From an uncultured archaeon (lineage in GTDB: Archaea; Asgardarchaeota; Lokiarchaeia; Sigyniarchaeales; SOKP01), in contig CAZALK010000001.1 in the NCBI GenBank assembly GCA_964486045.1, forward strand, positions 1 to 64,000: a stretch of DNA of 64,000 nucleotides, read 5' to 3'. Positions 53,534-63,730 of this stretch are shown piece by piece (the stretch's first letter is position 1; each line of letters starts with the position of its first letter). The notes under the pieces were generated by a model. The model ran no database searches. It saw only the letters and a program-made list of their open reading frames with translations, and had not been told where the DNA came from. A program made the translations under genes and the position numbers.

Positions 53534-54901
53534 TTAAGTTTCCTCATCATCTTTTTTAAGCTTTTCAACGTCAGATTCGAATTTATCCATGATAGTTTTT
53601 GTATCAGATCTTATTTCAATTCGATGATCATCAATTTTCTTCTGATCTTCTATTTTTTCAGCTTGTTTTTCGATAATTCCTCTGATCTTGTCTCCAGCAC
53701 TTTCCATATCTGTATGAATCCCCGAACGTTGTTCATCTATTTCACGTTGTTTTTCAAGTCTGAAAGCTTTCTCTCCGATCGAGTTCTCAATCTTTTCCCC
53801 TACACCATTAAAATCAGGATGGATACCAACACGCTGTTCATCTATTTCTCGTTGTTTTTCAATTCTAAAAGCTTTCTCACCAATTAAACTCTCAATTTTT
53901 TCTCCAGCACTTTTCATATCTGGATGAACTCTAACACGTTGTTCATCCATTTTCCGTTGCTTTTCTATTCGATACGCCTTCTCCCCAATTGAACTCTCGA
54001 TTTTTTCCCCCGTATCCTGAAGATCTGGGTGAGTACCGGCAAGTTGCTCATCTTTTTCACGAAGTTTCTCAAATCGGAAAGCTTTCTCTCCGATCGAGCT
54101 TTCAATCTTTTTTCCTGCACCTTTAAGGTCTGGATGGATACTAGCACGTTTTTCATCCAATTCACGTTGTTTTTCAAAACGAAAAGCTTTCTCTCCAATC
54201 GAACTCTCAATTTTTTCACTTGGTCCTTTAAGATCTGGATGGACACTAGCGCGTTGATGATCTGATTCACGTTGTTTTTCAATTCGGAATGCTTTCTCCC
54301 CGACCGATCTCTCGATTTTTTCCCCTGTATCCCTAAGATCTGGGTGGATACCAGTAAGTTGCTCATCAGTTTCACGTAGTTTTTCAATTCGGAAAGCTTT
54401 CTCTCCAATCGAACCCTCAATTTTTTCTCCTACACTTTTAAAATCCGGGTGGATACCAGAACGTTTTTCATCTAATTCACGCTGCTTCTCAATTCTAAAA
54501 GCTTTCTCTCCAATCGAATTCCCTATTTTTTCGGCTATCCCCGTAATATCAGGTCGAAGTTCTTTAAGTTGAGATTCACTTTCTTTCTGGCGATCAATAA
54601 AAAATGCTTTTTCTTCGATGATCGGTTCTATTTTTTCTGCGGTCCCAGCAATGTCTGGTTTTAAATCTTTCAATTGAGCTTTCGTTTCTTTTTGACGATC
54701 AATCATAAAAGCTTTTTCATCAATTAAATCCGAAATAAGATCTTTTCCCTCCTCAAAAGATTTTTTTCTTTCTGCTTCAATTCCTTTTAAGTAATTTTCT
54801 CTTTCTTCCTTTTCTTTTTTATATAAGTCATCTACAAGTTTTTTTTGTTCTTCAATTTCTTCTTTTGTAGGAGGTTTTTCATTTTCACCCATTATTTTCA
54901 C
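53534..54901 (-). CDS. Charged tandem-repeat protein (about 11 x 35 aa)
   Basis: Repeat consensus SIGEKAFRIEKQRExDEQRxGIHPDLKxxGEKIEx. Confidence 0.9.
   Translation of the reverse strand: MKIMGENEKPPTKEEIEEQKKLVDDLYKKEKEERENYLKGIEAERKKSFEEGKDLISDLIDEKAFMIDRQKETKAQLKDLKPDIAGTAEKIEPIIEEKAFFIDRQKESESQLKELRPDITGIAEKIGNSIGEKAFRIEKQRELDEKRSGIHPDFKSVGEKIEGSIGEKAFRIEKLRETDEQLTGIHPDLRDTGEKIERSVGEKAFRIEKQRESDHQRASVHPDLKGPSEKIESSIGEKAFRFEKQRELDEKRASIHPDLKGAGKKIESSIGEKAFRFEKLREKDEQLAGTHPDLQDTGEKIESSIGEKAYRIEKQRKMDEQRVRVHPDMKSAGEKIESLIGEKAFRIEKQREIDEQRVGIHPDFNGVGEKIENSIGEKAFRLEKQREIDEQRSGIHTDMESAGDKIRGIIEKQAEKIEDQKKIDDHRIEIRSDTKTIMDKFESDVEKLKKDDEET
53573..54727 (-). repeat. 105-bp coding tandem repeat array
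   Basis: Recurrent 'gctttctctcc(a/g)atcga' about every 105 bp. Confidence 0.9.
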
Positions 54902-55033
54902 TTCTCAAAGTCATAAATGTATTTCTAAAATAATAGTAAAATTGGTATTTATTTCTTTTTAGATTTAAGATGGAATAAGTTTTAAATTTTTATAAAACAA
55001 TGAAATGAGTATAGATTTATCTTTCGATTATCA

Positions 55034-55783
55034 TTATTTAATAGGAATTGGTTCAATTGAATCATCAGAAATCTGATCCATCAAGCTTAACATCGTTAAT
55101 TTTAGATTTAGCATTTCCCTAGCTTCCAGATTCAATTTCTTGGATTCGTTTGAAGTCATTGGGATTGTATACTTTGAAAATAATCTATCTAACTCTTTCA
55201 ATAACCTTGTTGTAAGTTCTTCTTGACTTTCTAAGTTTAAATCTTGTGTTTTTAGCCAATAATCTATTTCCGTTTTGACTTGAAATTCAGAATCATGTAT
55301 TATATTATATGAAACCTTAATTTCTTCAGTACGTTTTAAGCTATTGAGGTATTCATGATCTCTATACATTGGTTTAATTAATATTCCTAGATTCATAATA
55401 AGTGGTTGAGTATCCAGTTTTTCTAATGAATCTGCTAAATATTTCAACACTTGATCTTTTTGGTTTATATTTGAATAATTAATATATTCCTGAATAAAGT
55501 GCATAATTGCGTTTTTGGTTAATAAATCTTCGAAATCATAAATAGAATCGGCTTTAATTTCAAGAGTATTGGTTATGCATTTATAAAGTGAACCCATAAA
55601 TGGCTTAATATCTTGAAACATCGAAAATTTGTTTACAAAATTTAAGATATCGCCAACAATTTCCAATTTATTCTCATCTGATTCTGCATTAAAATAGTGG
55701 TTAATAGATTTTTCCAATTCGAAGTTTTGGTCCGAGACTGATAGAAGTTGTTTTATTTCAGAATAAACAGAACTTAAGTTCAC
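55034..55783 (-). CDS. Hypothetical alpha-helical protein
   Basis: 249-aa ORF, no motif recognised. Confidence 0.65.
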   Translation of the reverse strand: MNLSSVYSEIKQLLSVSDQNFELEKSINHYFNAESDENKLEIVGDILNFVNKFSMFQDIKPFMGSLYKCITNTLEIKADSIYDFEDLLTKNAIMHFIQEYINYSNINQKDQVLKYLADSLEKLDTQPLIMNLGILIKPMYRDHEYLNSLKRTEEIKVSYNIIHDSEFQVKTEIDYWLKTQDLNLESQEELTTRLLKELDRLFSKYTIPMTSNESKKLNLEAREMLNLKLTMLSLMDQISDDSIEPIPIK

Positions 55784-55992
55784 AATAATTTTATTTGTTA
55801 ATTATCTTTATTAATATTTTTTCTTTTGTTGTTGACCTATGATTGCGGAATATTTTTTTTTTTTTTAAAAAACTAAATTTATTGGAAAATTTTTTTATGT
55901 TTCAATTTGAAAAAAATTATTAATAAAGCTATATTCGATTGATTATCATATTTCATTTTGCATAAAATTATTCCAAGAGGTATAACTATAAT

Positions 55993-56538
55993 TTGTGGCC
56001 TAAAGAATTCAAATTCTTTCAAGAATTTTTCGACGACTTCAGATTAATATTTATATTTAATACGATAAAAGATTTTCAAAATGGGCTTACTTATTATGAT
56101 TTAAAGAAATACGGGAACATTCCACATTCCAAGATATACCGAATTATGAAAACCTTAGAAGAAGACGGATTCTTAAGCATGAAAAAAGAAGAATTAAGAA
56201 ATGAATGTGGAAGACCAAAGCATTTATATTTTCTCTCAGAAAAAGGGGAAGAAAAATTATCTGAATTACGATTTAAACTCGCGAAAATATTTGAATTCAT
56301 AAAACTTAGGTTCCCAAAAAGCAATTCAGATATGGATTATGAAAAATTTCTCAATGAAGCTACATTTAAAGTGTGGTCAAACCCGGTTGATTATATTTTA
56401 AGCCAGGATATTCCAGTTGAAGAAAAATTTTCTGTACTATCAGGAATGGAATCAGATATTTTAATTATTTTAGAAAAGGTTCGAAAAGAAAAGAAAAAAA
56501 TTGAAAAAACAATAGGTTTACAAATTGAGATGAGTTAG
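55993..56538 (+). CDS. PadR-like winged-HTH regulator
   Basis: 'IYRIMKTLEEDGFL...GRPKHLYFLSEKG'; heads the ABC exporter operon. Confidence 0.85.
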   Translation: MWPKEFKFFQEFFDDFRLIFIFNTIKDFQNGLTYYDLKKYGNIPHSKIYRIMKTLEEDGFLSMKKEELRNECGRPKHLYFLSEKGEEKLSELRFKLAKIFEFIKLRFPKSNSDMDYEKFLNEATFKVWSNPVDYILSQDIPVEEKFSVLSGMESDILIILEKVRKEKKKIEKTIGLQIEMS

Positions 56539-56542
56539 AGAT

Positions 56543-58321
56543 ATGGGTTCGTTTCGTATGATAATGAGTTATTGGTTAAGATCGAAAAAAGATTTTATAT
56601 TACAATTTACTTGGATGTTGATTTCTACAATTTTCTATGTTGTCACCCCAATATTTATTGGAAGAATGGTGGGGAGCCTCCTCAACAGTGAACAACTGTT
56701 AGTAACTAGAGTAATCGAAATGATAATCTATTTTGTACTCATTCTGTTTTTTGCCTTACTAAGATACGTGCTTAACAGAGCTGCAAGATTACGAGGGGCT
56801 GAAGTATCTGCGAGAGCGGTTTACTATTTAAGATCAGATATTAGTAATGCAATTTACCGTCAATCTTTCTCATATTTTGATAAAACTGAAACGGGACAAT
56901 TAATCTCTCGAGCTACGAGTGATATTGAAGAAACGCAAATGGTTTTCAGTATGGGTTTAACTTTAAGCTTGCAATCTTTTCTTCAAATAGGAGGTGTTAT
57001 TTTCGGTTTTTACCTTTTTAGTCCTGTAATTACGATTATGTTAATTATTGTTATTATTTCTTCCCTTGGATTTTCTTTTTATATTGCGAAGAAACTTAGG
57101 CCAATTTTTTTAGAAACCAGAGAAAGTTTTGGAGATTTAACCAATACAATCAGAGAAAATATAATCGGGGCTCAGGTTGTACGCATGTTTAGTACTCAAA
57201 AAAAGGAGCAGCAAAAGTTCATGGAAAACAACCAAAGATTTTATAATGCAAGCGTGAAATCAGTAAAATATAATTCCACTTTTATACCCGTTATTATTAT
57301 AGTAACCGGGTTTATGTCGGTCTTTACTTTATTTTATGGAGGTCTAAGCGTAATTAACGGAAGTATGATAGGGGGGATAAATGCATTGATTACTTTACAA
57401 TCATATGTTATAGCTATTAGTTTTCCTTTAATGATGCTAGGACAAATAATGCTTATGTATATTCAAGCTGATGCTGCTCTAATACGTGTAAGAGAAGTTA
57501 TAGACTCAACTCCCGATGTACAAGATTTGCCTGATGCCATTCCAGGGAATTTAATTATGGGAGATATTGAATTTGAGAATGTATCCTTTGGATATACCCC
57601 TGATCATAGAATATTAAAAAATGTGTCATTTAGTGTACAAGCGGGAAAAAAACTGGCGATTTTAGGGACGACAGGATCAGGAAAATCAACGATAATAAGC
57701 TTAATTCCACGTTTCTATGATGTTAATGAAGGAGTTATTAAAATTGATAAGAAAGAAATACAGAAATATATTATAAAAGATTTACGCAGCAATATTGGAA
57801 TTGTCTCTCAAGAAACTTTTCTTTTTGATAAATCAATCGCTGATAATATTGCTTATGGGAAGGAAAGCGCCACAGAAGATGAAATAATTCAAGCTGCTAA
57901 AATAGCAAATTTGCATGATTTCATAATTTCCTTACCAAAAGGCTACAAGAGCTTAGTTGGAGAAAGAGGTACAAGATTATCTGGTGGACAAAAGCAAAGA
58001 CTAACTATAGCTAGAGCTCTCATTATTAAACCTAAAATCCTAATTTTCGATGATTCTACAAGTTCAGTTGACGTGGAAACGGAATATAAAATTCAAAACG
58101 CATTGGCTGAAATAATGAAAGATACAACTACAATAATCATAACTCAGAGAATATCGTCTATTAGGGATGCAGACTCAATCTTAATTTTAGATAGAGGTAG
58201 GGTGGTTGGATTTGGAACTCATGATGAATTAATTAATCAAAATGTTTTATATTCACAGATTTATGAAACCCTTTATCAAAAACAAAAATTAAAAGTAAAA
58301 ATTGAAGAAATTAATAATTAG
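56543..58321 (+). CDS. ABC exporter (MsbA/TM287-like), degenerate-site half
   Basis: TMD plus NBD; GTTGSGKS, LSGGQ, FDDSTS, ITQR (degenerate Walker B and H-switch). Confidence 0.93.
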   Translation: MGSFRMIMSYWLRSKKDFILQFTWMLISTIFYVVTPIFIGRMVGSLLNSEQLLVTRVIEMIIYFVLILFFALLRYVLNRAARLRGAEVSARAVYYLRSDISNAIYRQSFSYFDKTETGQLISRATSDIEETQMVFSMGLTLSLQSFLQIGGVIFGFYLFSPVITIMLIIVIISSLGFSFYIAKKLRPIFLETRESFGDLTNTIRENIIGAQVVRMFSTQKKEQQKFMENNQRFYNASVKSVKYNSTFIPVIIIVTGFMSVFTLFYGGLSVINGSMIGGINALITLQSYVIAISFPLMMLGQIMLMYIQADAALIRVREVIDSTPDVQDLPDAIPGNLIMGDIEFENVSFGYTPDHRILKNVSFSVQAGKKLAILGTTGSGKSTIISLIPRFYDVNEGVIKIDKKEIQKYIIKDLRSNIGIVSQETFLFDKSIADNIAYGKESATEDEIIQAAKIANLHDFIISLPKGYKSLVGERGTRLSGGQKQRLTIARALIIKPKILIFDDSTSSVDVETEYKIQNALAEIMKDTTTIIITQRISSIRDADSILILDRGRVVGFGTHDELINQNVLYSQIYETLYQKQKLKVKIEEINN

Positions 58322-58332
58322 AGGTAAGAAAA

Positions 58333-60888
58333 TTGTCAAACGATCAAGAAATTGAAGAAGAAGAAGAGAAAGAAATAATTCAACCTACCGTAGGCTTTGG
58401 TCATAAATTCATGATGGATGATGAAAAAGCAAAATTAGACAATCCCAGAAAGAAATTATGGGGATGGTTATTGTCATTCATGAGCCCATTTAAGGGTAAA
58501 TTTATATTTTTTTTACTTTTATTGTTGCTAGGAACTGTCATTCAATCGATTATTCCTTTATTTTCTGCTAGTATAATAGATATTGGGATCTTAAATAATA
58601 ATAGTTCCTACATCATCAACATGAGCGTGTTTTTATTATCAATTTTAATTTTAATGGCAGTTACAAGTTACATTGCTCAATACGGAATGGGAAAAATATC
58701 TCAAAAGGTTACGTATGAGATTAGGAATGATCTTTTCTTAAAATTACAGGACATGTCATTAAATTATTTTGATCAAAGACCCTCTGGGGATATCATGTCG
58801 ATCATGACAAATGATGTTACTCAGCTTAATCAACTGGTAGGAGGTCAATTTGTTCAAATAATAACGAGTATAGTATCATTAGCCTTAACTGTGGTAATCA
58901 TGTTCATTTTAAATCCATTTTTAGCTCTAATAAGCATGGTAGTTTTTCCAATATTTCTGTCTGTGTCTCATTATTTTAAAAAAGTAGCAATGGGTCTATT
59001 TAAAGCTTCGAGAAAATCAATAGGGAAAGTAACCTCATCAATACAAGAGAATATTGCAGGTGCAAAAGTAGTTCAAGCTTATGGCCAAGAAACTCGGGCA
59101 GCTTCAGAATTTGACAAAGCAAATAAGGCTAATTATACTGCATCGCTTAGAATACGTAAATACATGGCAACTATATTTCCCCTAATCACGTTAATCACTA
59201 CTACCATTACTGCGGGAGTTTTATTAGCTGGTGGATTTACGGTGTTAGGAAACGTGTCCATTTTTGGCATAGCAGTTTCTGTTGGAGTACTTACTGCCTA
59301 TATCGGCATTTTAGGACAATTTTTCAGACCTTTCATGATGTTAATGCAAATACAACAAATAATCGAAGCTGCAATGGCAGCAACTGATCGAATATATTCA
59401 TTGTTGGAAGAAAAAGTTGAAATCCCAGATGATGATAAACCATTATTATTTGAATCAGTAGAAGGAAATATTGAGTTCGAGAGCGTAAGTTTTGGATATG
59501 TTCTTAACGAAAATGGGAGTAAAGAAAATATAACAAAAGCTAATCCTCAAACCAGTATGATGGGAAGTCACCCCACTGGATTAACGGGTGGACCTCCAGC
59601 AGGAATGATGCAAAACCCGATGTTTAAAAAAGCAATTGAGACAATTAAATCATTTCCGGAACCTTATTCTTCATTTATAATGAAGAATATGATGCATATG
59701 TCCCCAGATATCATGCGTAATTTAATGATGAATTTGATGGGAACAAATCCTACTGATGTGCCCGAGAAAATCGATCAGATCTTAGCCGAAATTCAACATG
59801 CTGTACCAGGAACGAACATGGCCCAAAATCATCCAGATTATAAAACCACATTCATAATAGAACGTGATCAACAAAAAGAAGCTCAAAGTAAAGAAACGCC
59901 GTTTCAAAACATGATGCCTCCAGAAACTCTATTGATGATGGTAAAATTCTTAGAAAGATCTTTAAAATCTAGTTCAAAATTTCAAACTGGGGGTAGTGGA
60001 ATGGGAGGAGAAGGTGGGGGGATGATGGGTGGAGGAATGCCACAAATGTCCCCAACATCCATGATAAATATGCTTGCTAGGATGCCTATATCTCCAGAAA
60101 TTTATGATAAGTTCCCAAATCTTGTGAAGGAAGCTATAGTAGAACAGAAACGAATCATACAACATGAAGAATCAACGGGATACGTGTTGAAAGATTTTAA
60201 TTTAAAAATCCCAGCGGGGATAACAATTGCAATTGTTGGGGAAACTGGAGCAGGTAAGACAACTTTAATTAAATTAATTGGACGATTTTATGATATTAAT
60301 AATGGAAAGATTTTAGTTGACGATGTTGATATAAAAAAGGTTCGTAAAAAAGATTTAAGAAATGTAATAGGATTAGTTCCTCAAGATGCGTTTCTCTTTA
60401 CTGGCACGATCAGAGAAAATCTTTTATATGCCTTCGAAACCCCGACCCCCGAAAACGAGAAAAGAATGTTTGAAGTTTCAAAGTTTTTAGGACTACATAA
60501 TTTTATTGAAACGCTTCATAAAAAATATGAGACTAAGTTAAAAGAAAATGGAAGTAATATTTCAATAGGACAACGACAACTAATTGCTTTTGCTAGAGCA
60601 TTAATAACTGATCCTAAAATTTTAATATTAGATGAAGCAACATCATCAGTAGATCCCTATACAGAAACTTTAATTCAGGATGCTCTGAACAAGGCACGTA
60701 AAGGGAGAACCACAATAATTATAGCACATCGTCTTTCTACTATAAAAAATGCAGATCTCATTGTAGTTTTAGGTGAGGACCGTAAAGGTATAATAGAGCA
60801 AGGAGATCACAATACACTGCTCTCTTTGAATGGAAAATATAAACGGCTCTTAGAAATGCAATATCGAGATGTCTCAGCTAATGAATAA
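58333..60888 (+). CDS. ABC exporter (TM288-like) with a 228-aa Met-rich insertion in the NBD
   Basis: TMD plus GETGAGKT, ISIGQ, LDEATS, IAHR; insertion between FESVSFGY and VLKDFNL. Confidence 0.9.
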   Translation: MSNDQEIEEEEEKEIIQPTVGFGHKFMMDDEKAKLDNPRKKLWGWLLSFMSPFKGKFIFFLLLLLLGTVIQSIIPLFSASIIDIGILNNNSSYIINMSVFLLSILILMAVTSYIAQYGMGKISQKVTYEIRNDLFLKLQDMSLNYFDQRPSGDIMSIMTNDVTQLNQLVGGQFVQIITSIVSLALTVVIMFILNPFLALISMVVFPIFLSVSHYFKKVAMGLFKASRKSIGKVTSSIQENIAGAKVVQAYGQETRAASEFDKANKANYTASLRIRKYMATIFPLITLITTTITAGVLLAGGFTVLGNVSIFGIAVSVGVLTAYIGILGQFFRPFMMLMQIQQIIEAAMAATDRIYSLLEEKVEIPDDDKPLLFESVEGNIEFESVSFGYVLNENGSKENITKANPQTSMMGSHPTGLTGGPPAGMMQNPMFKKAIETIKSFPEPYSSFIMKNMMHMSPDIMRNLMMNLMGTNPTDVPEKIDQILAEIQHAVPGTNMAQNHPDYKTTFIIERDQQKEAQSKETPFQNMMPPETLLMMVKFLERSLKSSSKFQTGGSGMGGEGGGMMGGGMPQMSPTSMINMLARMPISPEIYDKFPNLVKEAIVEQKRIIQHEESTGYVLKDFNLKIPAGITIAIVGETGAGKTTLIKLIGRFYDINNGKILVDDVDIKKVRKKDLRNVIGLVPQDAFLFTGTIRENLLYAFETPTPENEKRMFEVSKFLGLHNFIETLHKKYETKLKENGSNISIGQRQLIAFARALITDPKILILDEATSSVDPYTETLIQDALNKARKGRTTIIIAHRLSTIKNADLIVVLGEDRKGIIEQGDHNTLLSLNGKYKRLLEMQYRDVSANE

Positions 60889-60994
60889 ATTTACCAATCA
60901 AAAAGTTTTTTTTATTCCATCAATGAATTTATAAAAACCTAAATTTAAAAATAACTTTATTTCCATAATCGATATTTCTTATAGGTGTCTATTA

Positions 60995-61726
60995 ATTCCA
61001 TATTTTGACTATTCAGGAAAGAAGATATTTTACCAAGTTAAGAATAGCAATTCTCAAGATGCTCTTATTTTTATCCATGGATCAGGGGGAAATTCAAATA
61101 TTTGGAAGGATCAATTAAAGTTGAAAATAAAATATAATATTTATGCTCTTGATTTGCCTTCTCATAATAATTCTGATGCCTTTCAAGAACTCTCCTTAGA
61201 TTTATATACTAATGTCCTTAGAACGTTTATTGACTATTTAAAAGTTGAAAAGGTTATTTTAGCAGGCCATTCCTTAGGAGGAGCAGTTATTCAAGATTAC
61301 TTCTTTAAATACCCTAATGATGTTTCTGCTTTATTTTTAATCGGGACTGGGGGCAGGTTGCGAGTTCTGCCTTCAATCTTGGAAACTGTGAAAAATAACT
61401 TTCAATTGTTTATAAAGGATATGAGGGATGATCTTAAAAAGGAATATTTGAAAACAGCCCCGAACGTTATATATGATGATTTTAAAATTTGTGATGGATT
61501 TGATACACTTGATAAAACTAACTTAATCAATATCCCTTGTTTAATATTGGTTGGTAGAGAAGATATTATGACTCCTGTTAAATATTCCGAATTTTTTCAT
61601 AAAAAGCTTAACAATTCTAAACTTGTAATAATTGAGAAGGCAGGACATTTAGCAATGTTAGAACAATCGAAAATAATGAATCAGGCAATAGAGAATTTTA
61701 TTAATAGTAAATTAAAATGCGATTAA
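60995..61726 (+). CDS. Alpha/beta hydrolase (probable ATT start)
   Basis: GHSLGG nucleophile, GH catalytic His; the oxyanion motif FIHGSGG lies in frame upstream of the first canonical start (TTG 61121). Confidence 0.85.
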   Translation: MPYFDYSGKKIFYQVKNSNSQDALIFIHGSGGNSNIWKDQLKLKIKYNIYALDLPSHNNSDAFQELSLDLYTNVLRTFIDYLKVEKVILAGHSLGGAVIQDYFFKYPNDVSALFLIGTGGRLRVLPSILETVKNNFQLFIKDMRDDLKKEYLKTAPNVIYDDFKICDGFDTLDKTNLINIPCLILVGREDIMTPVKYSEFFHKKLNNSKLVIIEKAGHLAMLEQSKIMNQAIENFINSKLKCD

Positions 61727-61794
61727 TCAGACTAAAAGAATGAAAAAAACAATTGGGATAAAATTGGAGTATCTAATTACTAAAAATTTATGTT

Positions 61795-62592
61795 ATGCGT
61801 GATTATACTTATGGACCTCTTCAATCAAGACGATTAGGTCTCTCTTTAGGAATTAATGTTTTACCAAATTATAAAGTTTGCACTTTTAACTGTACATATT
61901 GCGAGTTAGGTAGTACTGATAGCGAACATTTAGTATCTTCAAGTTTTAGAATCAAAATTCTTCCAACTGCCAAGTATAGAAAAGAATTAGTTTCAATATT
62001 ATCACTGTTTCCTCATTTGAAATCAATTACTTTTGGTTATAATGGAGAACCAACCCTAAATGAAAATTTATTAGATTTTCTAAAAATTACGCTTGAGGTT
62101 AGGGAGAGTATAGAGTGGAATCAACAAAAACCAATCATTACTCTCTTTACTAACTCAAGCACTCTTTATTTTGAAGAGATAAGGGAAAGAGTTAAGCAAT
62201 TTGAATTGATTTTGGCTAAACTAGATGTAGCTACAGATAAAGATCTCAGAAAAACTAATCGACCCCTTAATAAATCACCAACTATTGAAACAATAATAGA
62301 ATCATTAGTGAATCTTAGAGAAGAAAAACCAACAGAGCATAAATTGGTTATTCAAAGTTTATTCTACAATTCTTATAGCAAAGATTTTGAATCTAATAAT
62401 AACAAATCAAACTTAGATAAATTAGGACAGGCTTTAAAAAGGATTAAACCCGATTTAGTGCAAATATACACAACCGCAAGGATTCCTGCTGAATATTATG
62501 TATATAGCATCGATGATACAAGAAAAAAAGAAATTGTAAAATTCTTGGAAGACTCAATTCAAAATAAAAGTATTAAAGTCAAATTTTATTGA
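61795..62592 (+). CDS. Radical SAM protein (COG0731-like)
   Basis: YGPLQSRRLGLSLGIN, CTFNCTYC, GEPTL. Confidence 0.88.
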   Translation: MRDYTYGPLQSRRLGLSLGINVLPNYKVCTFNCTYCELGSTDSEHLVSSSFRIKILPTAKYRKELVSILSLFPHLKSITFGYNGEPTLNENLLDFLKITLEVRESIEWNQQKPIITLFTNSSTLYFEEIRERVKQFELILAKLDVATDKDLRKTNRPLNKSPTIETIIESLVNLREEKPTEHKLVIQSLFYNSYSKDFESNNNKSNLDKLGQALKRIKPDLVQIYTTARIPAEYYVYSIDDTRKKEIVKFLEDSIQNKSIKVKFY

Positions 62593-62696
62593 ATCAAATA
62601 TAAGTTCTCAACTTTTTACATATAGTTTAATATTGATTTAAAGGAAAAATATTATTGATTAAGATTATTTAATCAGATAACTGTAAATTAATTTGG

Positions 62697-63710
62697 GTGA
62701 AAAATATAGGAGAAAGATATATTGCCGGTGTTGATATCGGTGGTACTTGGACTAGAGCTGCGATATGCACAATAGATTTGAATGAAGTAAATTTTAGAAA
62801 AAAATCAACTAGAACCTTAAAGGAGAATAGATTCTCAATCAGTTCTTCAATATGTGAGATTATTTCAGAATTGTTAAAGGAAAATCACATTGAAAAAGAT
62901 GAATTGTTAGCTATAGGTATTGCTTCTGCTGGTCCTTTAAATACTGACACAGGGGTCGTTTTCAACAATGCAAATTTAGGATTTCGTATCATCCCATTAA
63001 GAGAACCAATTGAAAATCAATTTCCAGGGATTCCTATATACTTTATTAATGACGGTAGTGGAGCTGTTTTAGGTATTCATTTTTTTGAAGCAGGAGAAAT
63101 TGAAAAAAATAATATAGCATATATAACTATGTCAACTGGAATTGGAGGAGGTATTATTTGCAATGGTCATTTATTATTAGGAAAAGAAGGAAATGCTGCT
63201 GAAATTGGACATGGATTAGTTAACCCCAAAAGTAAAATAAAGTGTAATTGTGGAGCTTATGGGTGTTGGGAAGCATACAGTTCTGGAACGGGAGTAAAAC
63301 TAAGAACTTTAGAAGGAATAAAGGAAGGACAGCTAAATGCGAATATACTTTTAGAAATTGTAGAGAATGACACAACTAAAATCACTGCTAAGGAAGTCTT
63401 CCAAGCTGCAAGAGAGGGAGATATTTTATCATGCAAAATCGTAAATGATTGTATATTCTTTTCAAAAGTAGGAATTGGACTGGTTAACAATTTTTTTGAT
63501 TGCACATCTATTTATTTTGGAGGTGCGATGATGAAAGATAAGGAACAAATTCTTCCACCATTGATTGAACAATTCAAAAAAGATCCAATAAAATTTACTA
63601 TTAATCATACCCCTAGATTAAAAGCAACGAAATTTAAGGACGAAATAGGATTAATAGGTGCATTAACTCTTGTTAAATACAAACAGGAGAATCATAAAAT
63701 TCTCTTATAA
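62697..63710 (+). CDS. ROK-family sugar kinase (glucokinase-like)
   Basis: DIGGT, STGIGGG, EIGH, CNCG..GCWE. Confidence 0.92.
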   Translation: MKNIGERYIAGVDIGGTWTRAAICTIDLNEVNFRKKSTRTLKENRFSISSSICEIISELLKENHIEKDELLAIGIASAGPLNTDTGVVFNNANLGFRIIPLREPIENQFPGIPIYFINDGSGAVLGIHFFEAGEIEKNNIAYITMSTGIGGGIICNGHLLLGKEGNAAEIGHGLVNPKSKIKCNCGAYGCWEAYSSGTGVKLRTLEGIKEGQLNANILLEIVENDTTKITAKEVFQAAREGDILSCKIVNDCIFFSKVGIGLVNNFFDCTSIYFGGAMMKDKEQILPPLIEQFKKDPIKFTINHTPRLKATKFKDEIGLIGALTLVKYKQENHKILL

Positions 63711-63730
63711 AAGAATTAGGAAATTTAACA

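Noticed and set aside
53573-54727. CRISPR array
   Set aside because: The repeats are degenerate, in-frame 105-bp coding units without unique spacers; no cas genes.
59494-60190. Intein in the ABC ATPase
   Set aside because: No N-terminal Cys/Ser splice block, no His-Asn C-terminus and no LAGLIDADG motifs.
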